The position numbers and the translations under genes were made by a program. The notes beneath the pieces are model-generated. The model was not told the DNA's origin, searched no databases, and saw nothing but the letters and a program-made list of their open reading frames with translations. Positions 19,101 through 29,265 of a DNA stretch of 64,000 bases are shown here, in pieces. Position 1 is the first letter of the stretch; every line of letters begins with the position of its first letter. The stretch comes from Alphaproteobacteria bacterium (GTDB lineage Bacteria; Pseudomonadota; Alphaproteobacteria; Rhizobiales; Xanthobacteraceae), in NCBI GenBank assembly GCA_009781045.1, contig WQYW01000004.1, positions 49 to 64,048 of the forward strand. Reading direction: 5' to 3'.

Positions 19101-21617
19101 CGCTTCAAGAGCGGCATACGGGGTCTCACTGACGAGGACCGCGCTATTGATCCGAGAGAAGGGGTGTTCGGCCAGACTGGGTGCTTTCGAACAGTCGCTG
19201 AGCGCTCGCATGGTCTGTTGTGCCAGCGACCGGTTTGCATCCCAGGTGGAGAGCGAAGGCAGAAGTTCGCGCTGGCGGATGGCAATGTGATCCGCGACAG
19301 GCGGCAGGGCAGCGGCGCGCCGGACAAGGTCGCGGATGTTCAAAGCATTCGTTCCGCTTTCTGACCTGCCGACGACCGCATCATAGGCGGCAATCGCCGA
19401 TATCTGGGCCTCCAATGCGGCAACACTGGTGCTGCGAATGCCGCGCTGTCGCTCCAGCGCATCCTCGGTGTGTCCCCAGTGTTCGTAGTGTTTCTTCAGA
19501 TCAAGGATGAATTCTTTCTTGTCTTCCTGTGAATCGTGGATGATGCAGGCCAGTCCGTCGAGTCCGGACTGGGCCAGACGGTGGAACACGACATCCAGCG
19601 CGGCGCGCTTTTCGCAGACGAACAGCACGCGCTTGCCGCGCGCGGCGTAATCGGCGATCAGATTGGTGATGGTCTGCGACTTGCCCGTCCCCGGAGGTCC
19701 CTGGATGACGAAGCTGCGGCCGCTGCGGGCAAGAGCAATCGCAGCGTCCTGGGTGGTATCGGAAGCGACCACATTCCACTTGTCGGCCTGCGGGATTGGC
19801 GGCGGCGCTTCCTGGACAAAGGGACGCGGCTCGATCGAGAATATGCCGTCGAAAGCGTTGAGATCGCCGGATTTGTCGATCAGTTCCGCGAAATCGCGCA
19901 CCAGCGACATTTTCCGGTAGTTCAGATTGGCCAGCGTCACCTGGGTGAGGTCGATTTCCCAGGAAAAGCGATGCCCGGCATCGCCTCCGACATGGATGGT
20001 CATGGCCTCGTTCGGGGCCGCGATATGGCTGGCGGAAGGTGCCAGCGAACCGCCTGCGGCCATGCGCTGGGGTAGCGGCGAGGGTTTGACCAATTTCTCA
20101 AACAGAGCGTGGCCGAGCGGACGATAATCGTCGCGGGCATAGCTGAAGTCGACGCGCGAGGTCGCCGTCTGCCGGGTCTGGCCGCGGCGACGCCTGAAGG
20201 CATTGACCCGCTGTACCGCCTTTTGCAGGATGAGGCGGATCTGGGGACGGTCCTGCAATTCGAGCCGGACACCGGGTTCGCTGGTCCGGATCTGTCGGGC
20301 CAGTTCGGCATGGACGTCGCCAATTGTGGTAGTGGTCAGATCAACATGCTCGGGCAGCTGAATGTCATAGAGCTGGCGCAAGGTATGGCGCAGAGCCGGG
20401 TTCAACTCTGCAATCGGGTCTGTGCAGCGCATCACATACTGGTCGCGCACCCCTTTGGCTTTGGTGAGTTCGACCGGGAGCCATAACAGCGGCGAGACGA
20501 TGCGCTGTTCCGGTGCCTCCTTGAGATTGTGCCAGCGCAGAAAACCGATGATCAGCCGCAACTGGTTGAAACCATATTCGGCGCGGTCGCGCCGCGCATC
20601 CTGGAGAATCTTGTCGAGCGCCGAGGGCAGATGGGGCTGGTCCTCGAAACGCAGCCACTTGTTGAGTGCGATCGCCTTGCCGGAAAGGACGTCGGCAATG
20701 AACTGCCCGCGCCAGGTGCAGAGCTGGTCGGCGCGCACCGATTCGATACGCATGACGATCGGAATCGAGGCCTCCGTCATATTGACGCTGCCCTGCGTCG
20801 TCCGGAAATAGATCAGGCGATTGCGCCGCGACAGATCAAACAGGCGATCGCGCAGATGGGACAACACCGCGGTGCGGCGGTTCTTCCCCTCCGTCACACT
20901 GGTGAGAATGCGCTCCACATCGAGATCGGCGGGCTGGTCGCGATAGGTTTCAAGACGTGTGGCGAGAGACGCGACATTGGTGGCGCGATCATGACGGATC
21001 AGCGCCGTGGCATCGACGATAATCGAGGCCAGAACCGGATGCAGACCGGGCTGCAGGACGAAGAGATTACTGTGATGAAGGGAGAAGCTTTCTATTGAAT
21101 CGGGGTCGCGGGGATCAAAACCGCAGGCAAGAGACGCAAGGATCATGCCGACCACGTAGACGTCGGTGATCTCATCGTGATGCCCAAGTTCGATTTCCCA
21201 GCTGTGCAGGTCGGGCAGATAAAGCGGCCTGGTGATCGTCGTGCCGTTGTCGCCGGCGCTGCGCAGGTCCTCAATCTCCCGGCCGCTTCCCTCATCCACA
21301 GTGACGCGGTATTCCCCGACCACCTTCAGCGCCGAGCGCGGCTGGGGCTGCACACGATTGATCTCCGTCCGGTTCGATACCGGTTCCATGCCGGCCTCGT
21401 CACGCAGGACAAGGCGGCCGTCGGGGGTCTGCGTAACATCACGCAGTCCAAGCCGTGCCACACGACCGCGCTGATGCAGGGCCGCGACCTGCCGCATCAG
21501 GGGCAACATGGCATGGATCACGTCTTCGGTCGGCAGAAAGGGGGGATTTCCGGCATAATAGTCGCCGAGCAGTCTCAGTTCCGGTTGCGGCTCTTGCGCG
21601 ATGACATCTTCCACCAT
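16140..21617 (-). CDS. 1825-aa multidomain protein: kinase-like N-terminus, DUF4011, SF1 (Upf1-like) helicase, Vsr/MTES_1575-like domain, C-terminal WGR domain
   Basis: TDVYVVGMIL (kinase subdomain IX-like); LFDLSRRNRLI (DUF4011); QGPPGTGKSQT, FDEASQ, VGDEMQLPP, HYRS, VQGDERD, RLNVIFSRAR (SF1); FRCDLAIV...GWRVL; FWHIGIDGCDVVIEFGRVG...EKTRKGY (WGR). Confidence 0.92.
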   Translation of the reverse strand: MVEDVIAQEPQPELRLLGDYYAGNPPFLPTEDVIHAMLPLMRQVAALHQRGRVARLGLRDVTQTPDGRLVLRDEAGMEPVSNRTEINRVQPQPRSALKVVGEYRVTVDEGSGREIEDLRSAGDNGTTITRPLYLPDLHSWEIELGHHDEITDVYVVGMILASLACGFDPRDPDSIESFSLHHSNLFVLQPGLHPVLASIIVDATALIRHDRATNVASLATRLETYRDQPADLDVERILTSVTEGKNRRTAVLSHLRDRLFDLSRRNRLIYFRTTQGSVNMTEASIPIVMRIESVRADQLCTWRGQFIADVLSGKAIALNKWLRFEDQPHLPSALDKILQDARRDRAEYGFNQLRLIIGFLRWHNLKEAPEQRIVSPLLWLPVELTKAKGVRDQYVMRCTDPIAELNPALRHTLRQLYDIQLPEHVDLTTTTIGDVHAELARQIRTSEPGVRLELQDRPQIRLILQKAVQRVNAFRRRRGQTRQTATSRVDFSYARDDYRPLGHALFEKLVKPSPLPQRMAAGGSLAPSASHIAAPNEAMTIHVGGDAGHRFSWEIDLTQVTLANLNYRKMSLVRDFAELIDKSGDLNAFDGIFSIEPRPFVQEAPPPIPQADKWNVVASDTTQDAAIALARSGRSFVIQGPPGTGKSQTITNLIADYAARGKRVLFVCEKRAALDVVFHRLAQSGLDGLACIIHDSQEDKKEFILDLKKHYEHWGHTEDALERQRGIRSTSVAALEAQISAIAAYDAVVGRSESGTNALNIRDLVRRAAALPPVADHIAIRQRELLPSLSTWDANRSLAQQTMRALSDCSKAPSLAEHPFSRINSAVLVSETPYAALEAIIDEAEEHLARLDHALQANSLITPETGITDALVVLAMAEEMCATGLSRFLDVLNPGSRASKTLDLDLAELKALNNKCHKAAERAIHWSADALSPADTRAALALARVKEHSFFRFFDGNWRRLSRLVRERYDFSAHNIVPTITSVLEVLDKRHEADAAREAKVGTIEQRMAIPSLEAFNALRKQLRGQPPRAVVRMMKEVRASRDGAAALSQAAEQAPTLRRLSQTIRDGIDADQLTLEQLGTLLRDLRESLEDLPDLLPFLAKIHRAEPRFSATLRSIALPLPALEALVVDEAIGGIERANPEIKRFDIDRLMGLTRKAETAQTRLRSSNSDVVRAVLQHNFRDHVRLSELSLSMLDDQGRGFKKRYAGGRRELEHEFGKSMRYRSIRELSGGDCGNVVNDLKPIWLMSPLSVSDTLPLQTDLFDVVIFDEASQIPVEEAVPALCRADQVIIVGDEMQLPPTSFFSAALDDEDTEVIAEEDGQQIAISLGAGSLLNQAAQNLPATLLAWHYRSRFESLISFSNAAFYNGQLVTIPDRALPSGDIAAAPSSSRDDDAMAAGVERLLRSPITTHRIKDGVYEQRINVPEARYIAGMVRELLTRDTGLSLGVVAFSEAQQGEISSALERLAADNPTFATALEQEYVREDDGQFNGLFVKNLENVQGDERDIILMSVCYAPGRDGRMAMNFGPINQRGGEKRLNVIFSRARRHMAIISTIGPEAITNTHNDGARALRNFLAFANAQSSGALDHAKTVLTTLSPQAAETFGLEAPDDPVRTALAEELRSRGHTVHEYVGGASFRCDLAIVGQDGSGYALAILLDRSVEPGDVEERFVFRPTVLRSFGWRVLDVPVATWLRAKDQTIARIETELKRSSWDLLDPNPYPDSVPFSPRTPRHGSSPRPAATHAPAAPPPEMPPPLKMNELQMVEGTSPRFWHIGIDGCDVVIEFGRVGARAQRLVKTFDSKERAKAEAEKLTLEKTRKGYKQLR

Positions 21618-21618
21618 T

Positions 21619-22800
21619 TCACGCCGCCTCCCGGGACGCTGCCATCAGGCGGTCCACCATCCGCTTCGTCCAGTTCAGATTGCGCCGCAGCGCCTGTCTG
21701 AACAGGTCGAGGGCACCGATCTCTTGCACGATCTTCAACCCCGCTGCCATCACCACATCGCGTGCGTCGGGGTCGGCCATGGCACAATCACAGATCAGGG
21801 CGATGAAATACTGTCGGGTGGGATCGTCGATCTTCCCGGCGGCAATGCGGGCCAGATCGAGCGGCTCTTCGTCGCGGGCAAAGTCGGCAAAAAAGCGCAG
21901 GATCTGGGTGAGGACGGCCGCGCTCTCGTCTGCCGGAACGTCCTGGAGCAGGCGGGCGAAGAAGCCGCGCGTCATGCCGGTGAGTTCGCACTGGCGCAAC
22001 AGATCCAGCGATTCAATCGACAGGGGGCCCTTGAGCCGCTGTTCCAGCCAGTCCTCCAGCGCCTCGTCCGAACGCCACCACAAGTCGAGGGCGCGGGCGC
22101 GCAGGAAAGTCTCCGGATGCGAGACGCCTTCCGAAGTCGCCGTGCGGGCCTCCAGTTCTTCGGCCTGGCGCAGATAGGCATCGGGGTCGACCGTACCGAT
22201 CCCGGTCATGATCTTGACCAGGACCGAGATCGCAGGCGCGATCTCGCCAGCCGCCAGTGCAGCGCCACGATCGGCATAAAGTTCCGTATGCAGGCTTAAA
22301 AGCCGTGCGGTCTCCCGATGGGATGCGGTCGCCTCCGGATCGGACAGGGCGTGATCGAGGATGCGGCTGCAATGGTGAAAATCGCCCCCATCGACGCTCC
22401 ATAGCCGGTAATGGGCGAGTTCATGCCCCATCAGCGCCAGCAATTCGCGGGGCGACAGTTTCTCCAGCACCGGCCCGTAGAAGATCAGGTGAATTTCGCC
22501 CGGGATATAGCACAGCGACGCATTCATGGTGCCGTCATTGGCTTGGTAAAGCGTGGCCGGCGCCTCGATCTCAAGCGCAGCCATGGCGGCGTGGAGCGCC
22601 TCGAAAGCCGCCGGATGGGCTCCCGGTTCGAGGCGATAGGTCTGGCGCAGCATCGAATCGCGCATCCCGGCGATTTCCTGGCGCGCCTGTTCCGACTGCG
22701 CCCAGGCCCACACTTCGGGTTCGGCGGATTTCCCGTACTCAACAAGATCAAACTGATATTTCAATGGCTTGAGGTAACGGGCTGGGGTCGGCAAGTCCAT
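21619..22800 (-). CDS. M48-family zinc metallopeptidase
   Basis: NAS...LLALMGHELAH (HEXXH) and downstream TELYADR third ligand; its stop is 1 nt before the helicase ATG. Confidence 0.9.
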   Translation of the reverse strand: MDLPTPARYLKPLKYQFDLVEYGKSAEPEVWAWAQSEQARQEIAGMRDSMLRQTYRLEPGAHPAAFEALHAAMAALEIEAPATLYQANDGTMNASLCYIPGEIHLIFYGPVLEKLSPRELLALMGHELAHYRLWSVDGGDFHHCSRILDHALSDPEATASHRETARLLSLHTELYADRGAALAAGEIAPAISVLVKIMTGIGTVDPDAYLRQAEELEARTATSEGVSHPETFLRARALDLWWRSDEALEDWLEQRLKGPLSIESLDLLRQCELTGMTRGFFARLLQDVPADESAAVLTQILRFFADFARDEEPLDLARIAAGKIDDPTRQYFIALICDCAMADPDARDVVMAAGLKIVQEIGALDLFRQALRRNLNWTKRMVDRLMAASREAA

Positions 22801-23177
22801 GCGGGAAAAATCCGGTTCGAAAGCGGTTGGGCTCAGCAGCTGTGGTGCCAGCACTGCAGGCAGCGACAATTTTTCACCAATGCCATCCGTTGGCGCAACG
22901 ATTCGCAGGAGTTTTTGGAAGGCTAATTGCGCCGTCCTACCATCTTACCGCCATGACCATATACGAAGTCCTGGTGGGAACCAAGGCGCGAATGAAACAC
23001 AGGATCCGACTTCATCATCTGCCGTGACCGTGACTCGATGTTGCCCGCAATCCCAATTCACTCGAACAGATGTGAAGGCTCCGGGTTTGAGTGGAACCGC
23101 GGGGAGTGCGGCGTGCTGGCATTGGAAGCTGCGTTCGTGCTAACCCTCGCCCAACATGTGGTGAGACCTTGGCGAGG

Positions 23178-24209
23178 ATGAGCATGAGGCAATGGAGAAT
23201 CGGGTTTGCCGCTGCCCTGGCTTTGCTCCTGGTGCCGATGATGGTCAGTGGCTCCCATGCTCTCGTCCTGCGCCCGAAACCGGAGAATTTCAAGCTGGAG
23301 GCAGGACTGCCGCCCAAGCCTGCCGATGTTCCGACGCTCATCCAGCGAGCCCGGGATTCAATTGCCAGGGACCGCCCGACCCTTCAGGACGACATCGACA
23401 ACCTTTTTATCGCGCTGCTGCGAAGCCGCGACAGCGTGGATCACTACAATCTCGTGGCGGCCATCGGGGAAATCGGCGACATCCGGTACGGAACCTCTCC
23501 GGTCAGGGTCAAGAATTATGTGCGGCAGCTTGTTCTCATCGTCCTTCCCAGACTGCCGGCTGACGTGCAGAGTCACGCTGGAACCGTCTGGAGCCGGTTG
23601 TTCCCCTCCAGGAAATTGATGGAACGCGAGATCGGTATCGTCGCTCCGGCCAACCGGGTGGAGGAAGAGGAGGGGCTTGCGGTCCTGCGCGCCCGCGGTG
23701 TTGGCGTCTCCTATGACACCCTGAAGGATGCGCTCACCACCGGCGATCTGCAGCTCACCCAGGCGCTGCTCCAGGCCGGCCTGAACGTCGATAAGGCCAA
23801 CATTGAGAGTACCTACGATGTGGTCTGGTCATCTCTGCACAGCGCCTGTAGTGATCCGACCATTCCCGCAGACTGGATCAACGGGGTCATCGATCGTCTG
23901 GTCGAATATGGCTATCCCATCGCCCATGTTGACAGCTTTCAGCATACGATACTTTTTCAGCTTGTTTCCGAATGCTCCGGCGCGGTGGTGGGGCACATCG
24001 CAGATCTCGGGGCTCCGGTCGACCTGCGTGACCCGAACGGAGTCACGGCCCTCGAAATGGCGCTGGGGCGCGATCGGTTTGAGGCCGCCGACGCGCTCCT
24101 GGAGCGCGGTGCGCGCCTGAGCCCCAGCGCGGCCAAACGTACGCTGCTTTTCCCGCGGCAGGATTCCCGGCGTGCGGGTTACGTCCAACGCGCCACCGAA
24201 GCAGAATGA
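23178..24209 (+). CDS. Secreted ankyrin-repeat protein 1
   Basis: Signal peptide MSMRQWRIGFAAALALLL...SHA; ankyrin-like GD...ALLQAGLNV and DPNGVTALEMAL...ADALLERGA. Confidence 0.85.
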   Translation: MSMRQWRIGFAAALALLLVPMMVSGSHALVLRPKPENFKLEAGLPPKPADVPTLIQRARDSIARDRPTLQDDIDNLFIALLRSRDSVDHYNLVAAIGEIGDIRYGTSPVRVKNYVRQLVLIVLPRLPADVQSHAGTVWSRLFPSRKLMEREIGIVAPANRVEEEEGLAVLRARGVGVSYDTLKDALTTGDLQLTQALLQAGLNVDKANIESTYDVVWSSLHSACSDPTIPADWINGVIDRLVEYGYPIAHVDSFQHTILFQLVSECSGAVVGHIADLGAPVDLRDPNGVTALEMALGRDRFEAADALLERGARLSPSAAKRTLLFPRQDSRRAGYVQRATEAE

Positions 24210-24272
24210 AGACGTGCCAACGAGTCGCGCCTTACCCGCCCCACCTTCATTTTCCACGCAGGATCTGAACGC

Positions 24273-25376
24273 ATGAACCGTGCTTCCCTTACACCGTTTC
24301 GCATCTGCTCTCTGGTCTTGTTGTGCTTTGGCGTTCACCTTGGTTCAATCTCCACAGCGCAGGCGCAGAGTTCCGAACAGCTTATCGCCAGGGCGTTCAA
24401 ATCCATCCGGACGAACCAGCCGAGCGCGGTGAATGATATCTCGATGCTGATCACGACCCTGCGCAAGAGCCGCACGATGTCCGAGCAGACGGAGTTGATT
24501 GAAGCGCTGCGAGAGATGGGAGACACGCAGGGCTCCAGCCCGCAGAAGATCAAAGACTATCTCAAGGATATCATGCCGCTTGCGCTGCTCGATGTCCTTC
24601 GCAGTCGGGCCGATGGGCGCGTACGCGGGCAGGCATTGATGAGCCTGCGCAGCTTCGGACCGGCAGACGATCTTCTCGACGAAGCGATTGCAACAGCCGA
24701 GAAAGACAGCAGCCCTGACCGTGACTATGTCCATGAACAGGCCAGCCTGCTCAGTCAATGGAAACGGGACGGCAAACCTGCAGTCGCCGCGCCGGCGAAA
24801 GCAGGCGCCACCGATCCTGTCAGGCGGAGGAATGCCGAAGAATACCTGCGAAAGAACGATAAAGAGGTGGCCTATTTCACGCTCGCTGATGCGGTGGCGA
24901 AGCTCGACGAAGACGAGGTTGATGCGCTGCTCGATGCGGGATTACGGCTTGCTGATGTCCATCTTCCCGCTGCAAATCAGGCTGTTGCAGGTGGCCTGAA
25001 TGTGGCATGCCTCGATGAGAGCGTCTCACCTGACAAAATCGGTGACATCCTTCAGCGCCTGCTCAAACAGGGTTTTCGCATGGACATTCGTGATGAAAAT
25101 GGCAACGAGCTTGTCATGAACACGATCCAGTCATGTCCGACTCCGGTGATTGCCCGGCTGATCAATCTCGGTGCCAGACCGGATCCCACCAACAACCAGA
25201 ACACCACACCGCTCGAAATGGCAATTATAAGCGCCAAATGGGACTTGGCGCGAATCCTGGTTGATCACGGAGCCGGGATGAGCAAGGAACAGGTGGACAG
25301 GATGTTCATGGAACTGCCCGAAGATCCGGAGCAACTGGATCTGCTCAAGCGAGCCATGAAGAACAAGCTAAAGTGA
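24273..25376 (+). CDS. Secreted ankyrin-repeat protein 2 with an N-terminal helical (HEAT-like) domain
   Basis: Signal peptide ending AQA; DENGNELVM, NNQNTTPLEMAI...ARILVDHGA; alignable by eye with neighbours. Confidence 0.85.
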   Translation: MNRASLTPFRICSLVLLCFGVHLGSISTAQAQSSEQLIARAFKSIRTNQPSAVNDISMLITTLRKSRTMSEQTELIEALREMGDTQGSSPQKIKDYLKDIMPLALLDVLRSRADGRVRGQALMSLRSFGPADDLLDEAIATAEKDSSPDRDYVHEQASLLSQWKRDGKPAVAAPAKAGATDPVRRRNAEEYLRKNDKEVAYFTLADAVAKLDEDEVDALLDAGLRLADVHLPAANQAVAGGLNVACLDESVSPDKIGDILQRLLKQGFRMDIRDENGNELVMNTIQSCPTPVIARLINLGARPDPTNNQNTTPLEMAIISAKWDLARILVDHGAGMSKEQVDRMFMELPEDPEQLDLLKRAMKNKLK

Positions 25377-25414
25377 GCGAACCAGCAGAGCAATCCAGGA
25401 AAGGGAGAATTTGC

Positions 25415-26053
25415 GTGAGATTACTCTATCTTTTGATTATGGTGGCCATAGGGTGCGGTGCTGCCAGCGCACAGACGGAAGATTTTTACAAGCCGAAGAT
25501 GACCAAGGCCGAGGCGGTCGCCTATCTCGAAGACGCCGGGGTTGATCTGTTGCCGGACAATCTGCCCGGGAGGATCCTGAGCGGAGACGCCGACGGGGTT
25601 GAGGCCATGATCGTGGCCGGCATTGATCTGAAGGCAAAAGGCTCGTTGCCACAGTCACCGCTGCAGCTCGCCGCTCAAAGCTGTACCCGTGGAGCGCATG
25701 TCAAGCCGGCCGACACGCTGCGCATGATTGATCTGCTTCTGGGCGGCGGAGTTGATCCGAACCACGACGGCATGGCGGGTCTGACCGCCCTCATCCTTGC
25801 GGCGCAGCAGCAGTGCCCGCCCATCGTCATCAAACATCTGCTGGCAGGGGGCGCCAAGCTTGAGCAGCGGACACCGCAAGGCTTCACGGCGCTCAGTATG
25901 GCTTTGATCGTTGCCAATTTCGACGCGGCAGAAACCTTGATTGAGGCGGGAGCGAGGCTCAGTCCAGAAGCGGGCAGGAAATTCCTCACCGGGACCAAGG
26001 ACGACAACCCCCGGCTGGTAGAACTTATCGGGCGTGCCACGGCTGGAAAGTGA
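25415..26053 (+). CDS. Secreted ankyrin-repeat protein 3
   Basis: GTG start after GGGAGA; signal peptide ending ASA; QSPLQLAA, GLTALILAA, GFTALSMAL...AETLIEAGA. Confidence 0.88.
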   Translation: MRLLYLLIMVAIGCGAASAQTEDFYKPKMTKAEAVAYLEDAGVDLLPDNLPGRILSGDADGVEAMIVAGIDLKAKGSLPQSPLQLAAQSCTRGAHVKPADTLRMIDLLLGGGVDPNHDGMAGLTALILAAQQQCPPIVIKHLLAGGAKLEQRTPQGFTALSMALIVANFDAAETLIEAGARLSPEAGRKFLTGTKDDNPRLVELIGRATAGK

Positions 26054-26250
26054 GCGCGGTGTGACCGCCGTCGACAGCGACAGAGGCGATAGGGGCGGGG
26101 GTCAATACCGCTGTCCTTGTTCGCCGCCTTCCTGACGCGAACACCAGGCAGCATTCCCAGGCACTCTGTAAGAAAGAGTTCGATGGCCGGATGAAGAGGG
26201 AATGCTTTGGAGGATTGGCGGCGCCCTCTGCAATGAGGTAAACGATCGTC

Positions 26251-26660
26251 ATGGAGAACATTTCGCGAATCGAGAGCAGTCTCGTAGTCGTCAGCCGCAA
26301 GGTTGGGGTGTCTACATATGACTTCGATTTCGATCTCAATTTCTCCTGTGTCCATCCCTGCCAGTTTCGGGATGGCGAAACCTGCGTCATGAGAATCGGT
26401 GCGGTCCCGCGCTACGCGCAGGAATATGAAGACAGAAAGGCCATCGGCCTGCGCCTCGTTAACTCCCCAGAGGAGCATTTCAGGGCCAGTGAGCTGGACG
26501 GATGGTATCTGCCGGATCTGCGATCTTACCCCGACAACACGTGTTTTCGAGGCATTTCCGCCGCGTGGTGACGTCGAGCGCGAATTTGGCTGGCCGGTCT
26601 TCGTCAAGGGGTCTCGCCACACCAGCAGGCATCGGTGGCGGAATAGTCGCATCAAACACC
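26251..26660 (+). pseudogene. Truncated, frameshifted ATP-grasp (R2K-like) protein
   Basis: RIGAV..Y...Y....GLRLVNSPEEHFRASELDGWY continues in another frame as DLTPTTRVFEAFP...FGWPVFVKGSRHTSRH, then homology is lost. Confidence 0.55.
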
Positions 26661-26937
26661 GCCCGCGTGGTCTTTTGCCGAAAACCTGTGGCTCTTCCGG
26701 CTCCCTGAAAGACTGAAGCGGCCAGAACGGTCGGTTCCATTCCGTCTGGCACGAGGCTGCCGTTCGCTGCCACAATTCGGGGAACCCGTCTTTCCCGAGA
26801 ACCGGCCCGGGTCCGTGAGGCTTTTGCGTGCGCGGCACCTTGCAGATTGTTGACAGATAAATATCTTAGAAAAGAGCCAATTCCATGGCGCAGACTCCAT
26901 GTTTTCAGCTAAGCCGTTTGAACAAAAGGGAAAAGTC

Positions 26938-29265
26938 ATGAAGATCGTTTGCATCGGCGGTGGCCCGGCGGGCCTCTATTTCGGGCTTCTGATGAAGAAG
27001 CTCAATCCCGTGCACGACATCACTGTGGTGGAGCGCAACAAACCCTACGACACATTCGGCTGGGGCGTGGTGTTCTCCGACGCCACCATGGACAATATGC
27101 GGGCGTGGGACAGGGGGACGGCCGACGAGATCCAGGAAGCCTTCAACCACTGGGACGATATCGAGCTGCGGTTCAAGGGGCGTACCATCCGTTCCGGCGG
27201 TCATGGCTTTGTCGGCATCGGTCGCAAGAAGCTCCTCAACATCCTCCAGGAACATTGTGAGAAGGCCGGCGTCAAACTGGTTTTCGAGACCGAGGTGGAT
27301 TCCGACACCGAATACCCCGATGCCGACCTGATCATCGCCAGCGACGGCATTTTCTCCAAGATCCGCGGCAGGTACCAGGACACATTCAAGCCCGACATCG
27401 TCGTGCGCCCGAATCGCTACATCTGGCTCGGCACCAACAAGCTCTATGACGCCTTCACGTTCGACTTCCGCAAGACCGAACACGGCTGGTTCCAGGCCCA
27501 TATCTACAAGTTTGACGACCAGACCACGACCTTCATCGTCGAATGCCCCGAGCAGGTCTGGAAGGCACACGGTCTGGACCAGGCCGACCAGCAGCAGTCG
27601 ATCGACTTCTGCCAGAAGCTTTTCAACGAGGGCAATCTCAACGGCGCCAGGCTGATGACCAATGCACGCCATCTGCGCGGATCGGCATGGCTCAATTTCC
27701 AGCGCGTGGTCTGCGACCAGTGGTGGCTCAGGAACGAGAATGGCAGCCATGTGGTGCTTATGGGGGACGCGGTACACACAGCGCATTTCGCCATCGGGTC
27801 GGGCACCAAGCTGGCATTCGAGGACGCCATTGAACTCACCCGGCAGTTCCAGCTTCTGGGCGATGGCCCCGGGAAGATCACGCAGGTGCTCACCGCCTAT
27901 CAGGATGCGCGCCGGATCGAGACGCTGCGGCTGCAGAATGCGGCGTGGAACGCCATGGAATGGTTCGAGGTCTGCGGAGCGCGCTATTGCGACCAGCTCG
28001 AGCCTGAACAGTTCATGTATTCGATGCTGACCCGCAGCCAGCGCATTTCCCACGAAAACCTGCGTCTGCGAGACAAGGCCTGGCTGGATGGCTATGAGCG
28101 CTGGTTTGCCAGGCGGGCAGGGGTTGCGGTCAGCGATGGCGAGCGCGCGCCGCCGCCGATGTTCACGCCCCTCACGCTGCGTGGCCTGACGCTGAAGAAC
28201 CGCATTGTGGTGTCGCCGATGGCACAATATTCCGCCACAGAAGGCGTTGTCGGCGATTATCATCTGATGCATCTGGGCGCCCGGGCAATGGGTGGCGCGG
28301 CCCTGGTGTTTGCGGAGATGACAGCCATCAGCGCCGAAGCCCGCATCACCCCCGGATGTCCCGGGCTTTACAGGCCTGAGCATACCGCCGCCTTCAAGCG
28401 TATCGCGGACTGGATCCACGCCAATACCGATGCCCGATTCGGCATCCAGATCGGCCATGCCGGTGCCAAGGGATCGACGCGCCCTGGCTGGGACGGCATC
28501 GATCTGCCGCTTGAGTCCGGGAACTGGCCGCTGATCTCGGCTTCGCCCCAGCAATATGTCGAGGGGGTGAGCCAGCGGGCGCGGGAAATGACGCTTTCGG
28601 ACATGGACCTGGTCAAGACCCAGTTTGTCGCCGCAACCCGTGCCGCAGCCGAGGCCAGCGTCGACTGGCTCGAACTCCATTGCGCCCACGGCTATCTGCT
28701 GTCGAGCTTCATTTCGCCCCTCACCAACCAGCGCGGCGACGAATACGGTGGTTCCCTCGCCAACCGCCTGCGCTATCCGCTCGAGGTGTTCGAGGCCGTG
28801 CGCGCGGCCTGGCCGAAGGACCGGCCGATGTCGGTGCGGATCTCGGCGCATGACTGGGTGGAAGGCGGCATCCTGTCGGGTGATGCGGTGGAGATCGCGA
28901 AGGCCTTCAAGGCCGCTGGCGCCGATGTCATCGACGTCTCTTCCGGCCAGGTGAGCCGGAAGGAAAACCCGGTCTATGGCCGCATGTTCCAGACGCCATT
29001 TGCCGATCGCGTGCGCCAGGAAGCCGGCATTGCCACCATGGCGGTGGGGGCGATCAGCGAGGCCGATCATGCCAACAGCATCCTCGCCGCCGGCCGGGCG
29101 GATCTTTGCGTTGTCGGCCGGCCGCATCTGGCCAATCCGGCCTGGACCCTGACCGAGGCCGCCAGGATCGGTTTCGAAGCCGTCACCTGGCCAAGGCAAT
29201 ACCGGGCGGCCAAGTTCCAGCTGGAGAGCAGCTTCGCGCGCGAAAAAGCGGCCGCCAGGAAGTGA
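26938..29265 (+). CDS. Bifunctional salicylyl-CoA 5-hydroxylase / anthraniloyl-CoA monooxygenase-reductase (FAD monooxygenase + OYE-like flavin oxidoreductase)
   Basis: [35 protein letters not shown]; second domain [37 protein letters not shown]. Confidence 0.95.
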   Translation: MKIVCIGGGPAGLYFGLLMKKLNPVHDITVVERNKPYDTFGWGVVFSDATMDNMRAWDRGTADEIQEAFNHWDDIELRFKGRTIRSGGHGFVGIGRKKLLNILQEHCEKAGVKLVFETEVDSDTEYPDADLIIASDGIFSKIRGRYQDTFKPDIVVRPNRYIWLGTNKLYDAFTFDFRKTEHGWFQAHIYKFDDQTTTFIVECPEQVWKAHGLDQADQQQSIDFCQKLFNEGNLNGARLMTNARHLRGSAWLNFQRVVCDQWWLRNENGSHVVLMGDAVHTAHFAIGSGTKLAFEDAIELTRQFQLLGDGPGKITQVLTAYQDARRIETLRLQNAAWNAMEWFEVCGARYCDQLEPEQFMYSMLTRSQRISHENLRLRDKAWLDGYERWFARRAGVAVSDGERAPPPMFTPLTLRGLTLKNRIVVSPMAQYSATEGVVGDYHLMHLGARAMGGAALVFAEMTAISAEARITPGCPGLYRPEHTAAFKRIADWIHANTDARFGIQIGHAGAKGSTRPGWDGIDLPLESGNWPLISASPQQYVEGVSQRAREMTLSDMDLVKTQFVAATRAAAEASVDWLELHCAHGYLLSSFISPLTNQRGDEYGGSLANRLRYPLEVFEAVRAAWPKDRPMSVRISAHDWVEGGILSGDAVEIAKAFKAAGADVIDVSSGQVSRKENPVYGRMFQTPFADRVRQEAGIATMAVGAISEADHANSILAAGRADLCVVGRPHLANPAWTLTEAARIGFEAVTWPRQYRAAKFQLESSFAREKAAARK

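Noticed and set aside
26850-26880. TTGACA promoter upstream of the monooxygenase
   Set aside because: No plausible -10 element at 16-18 bp spacing.
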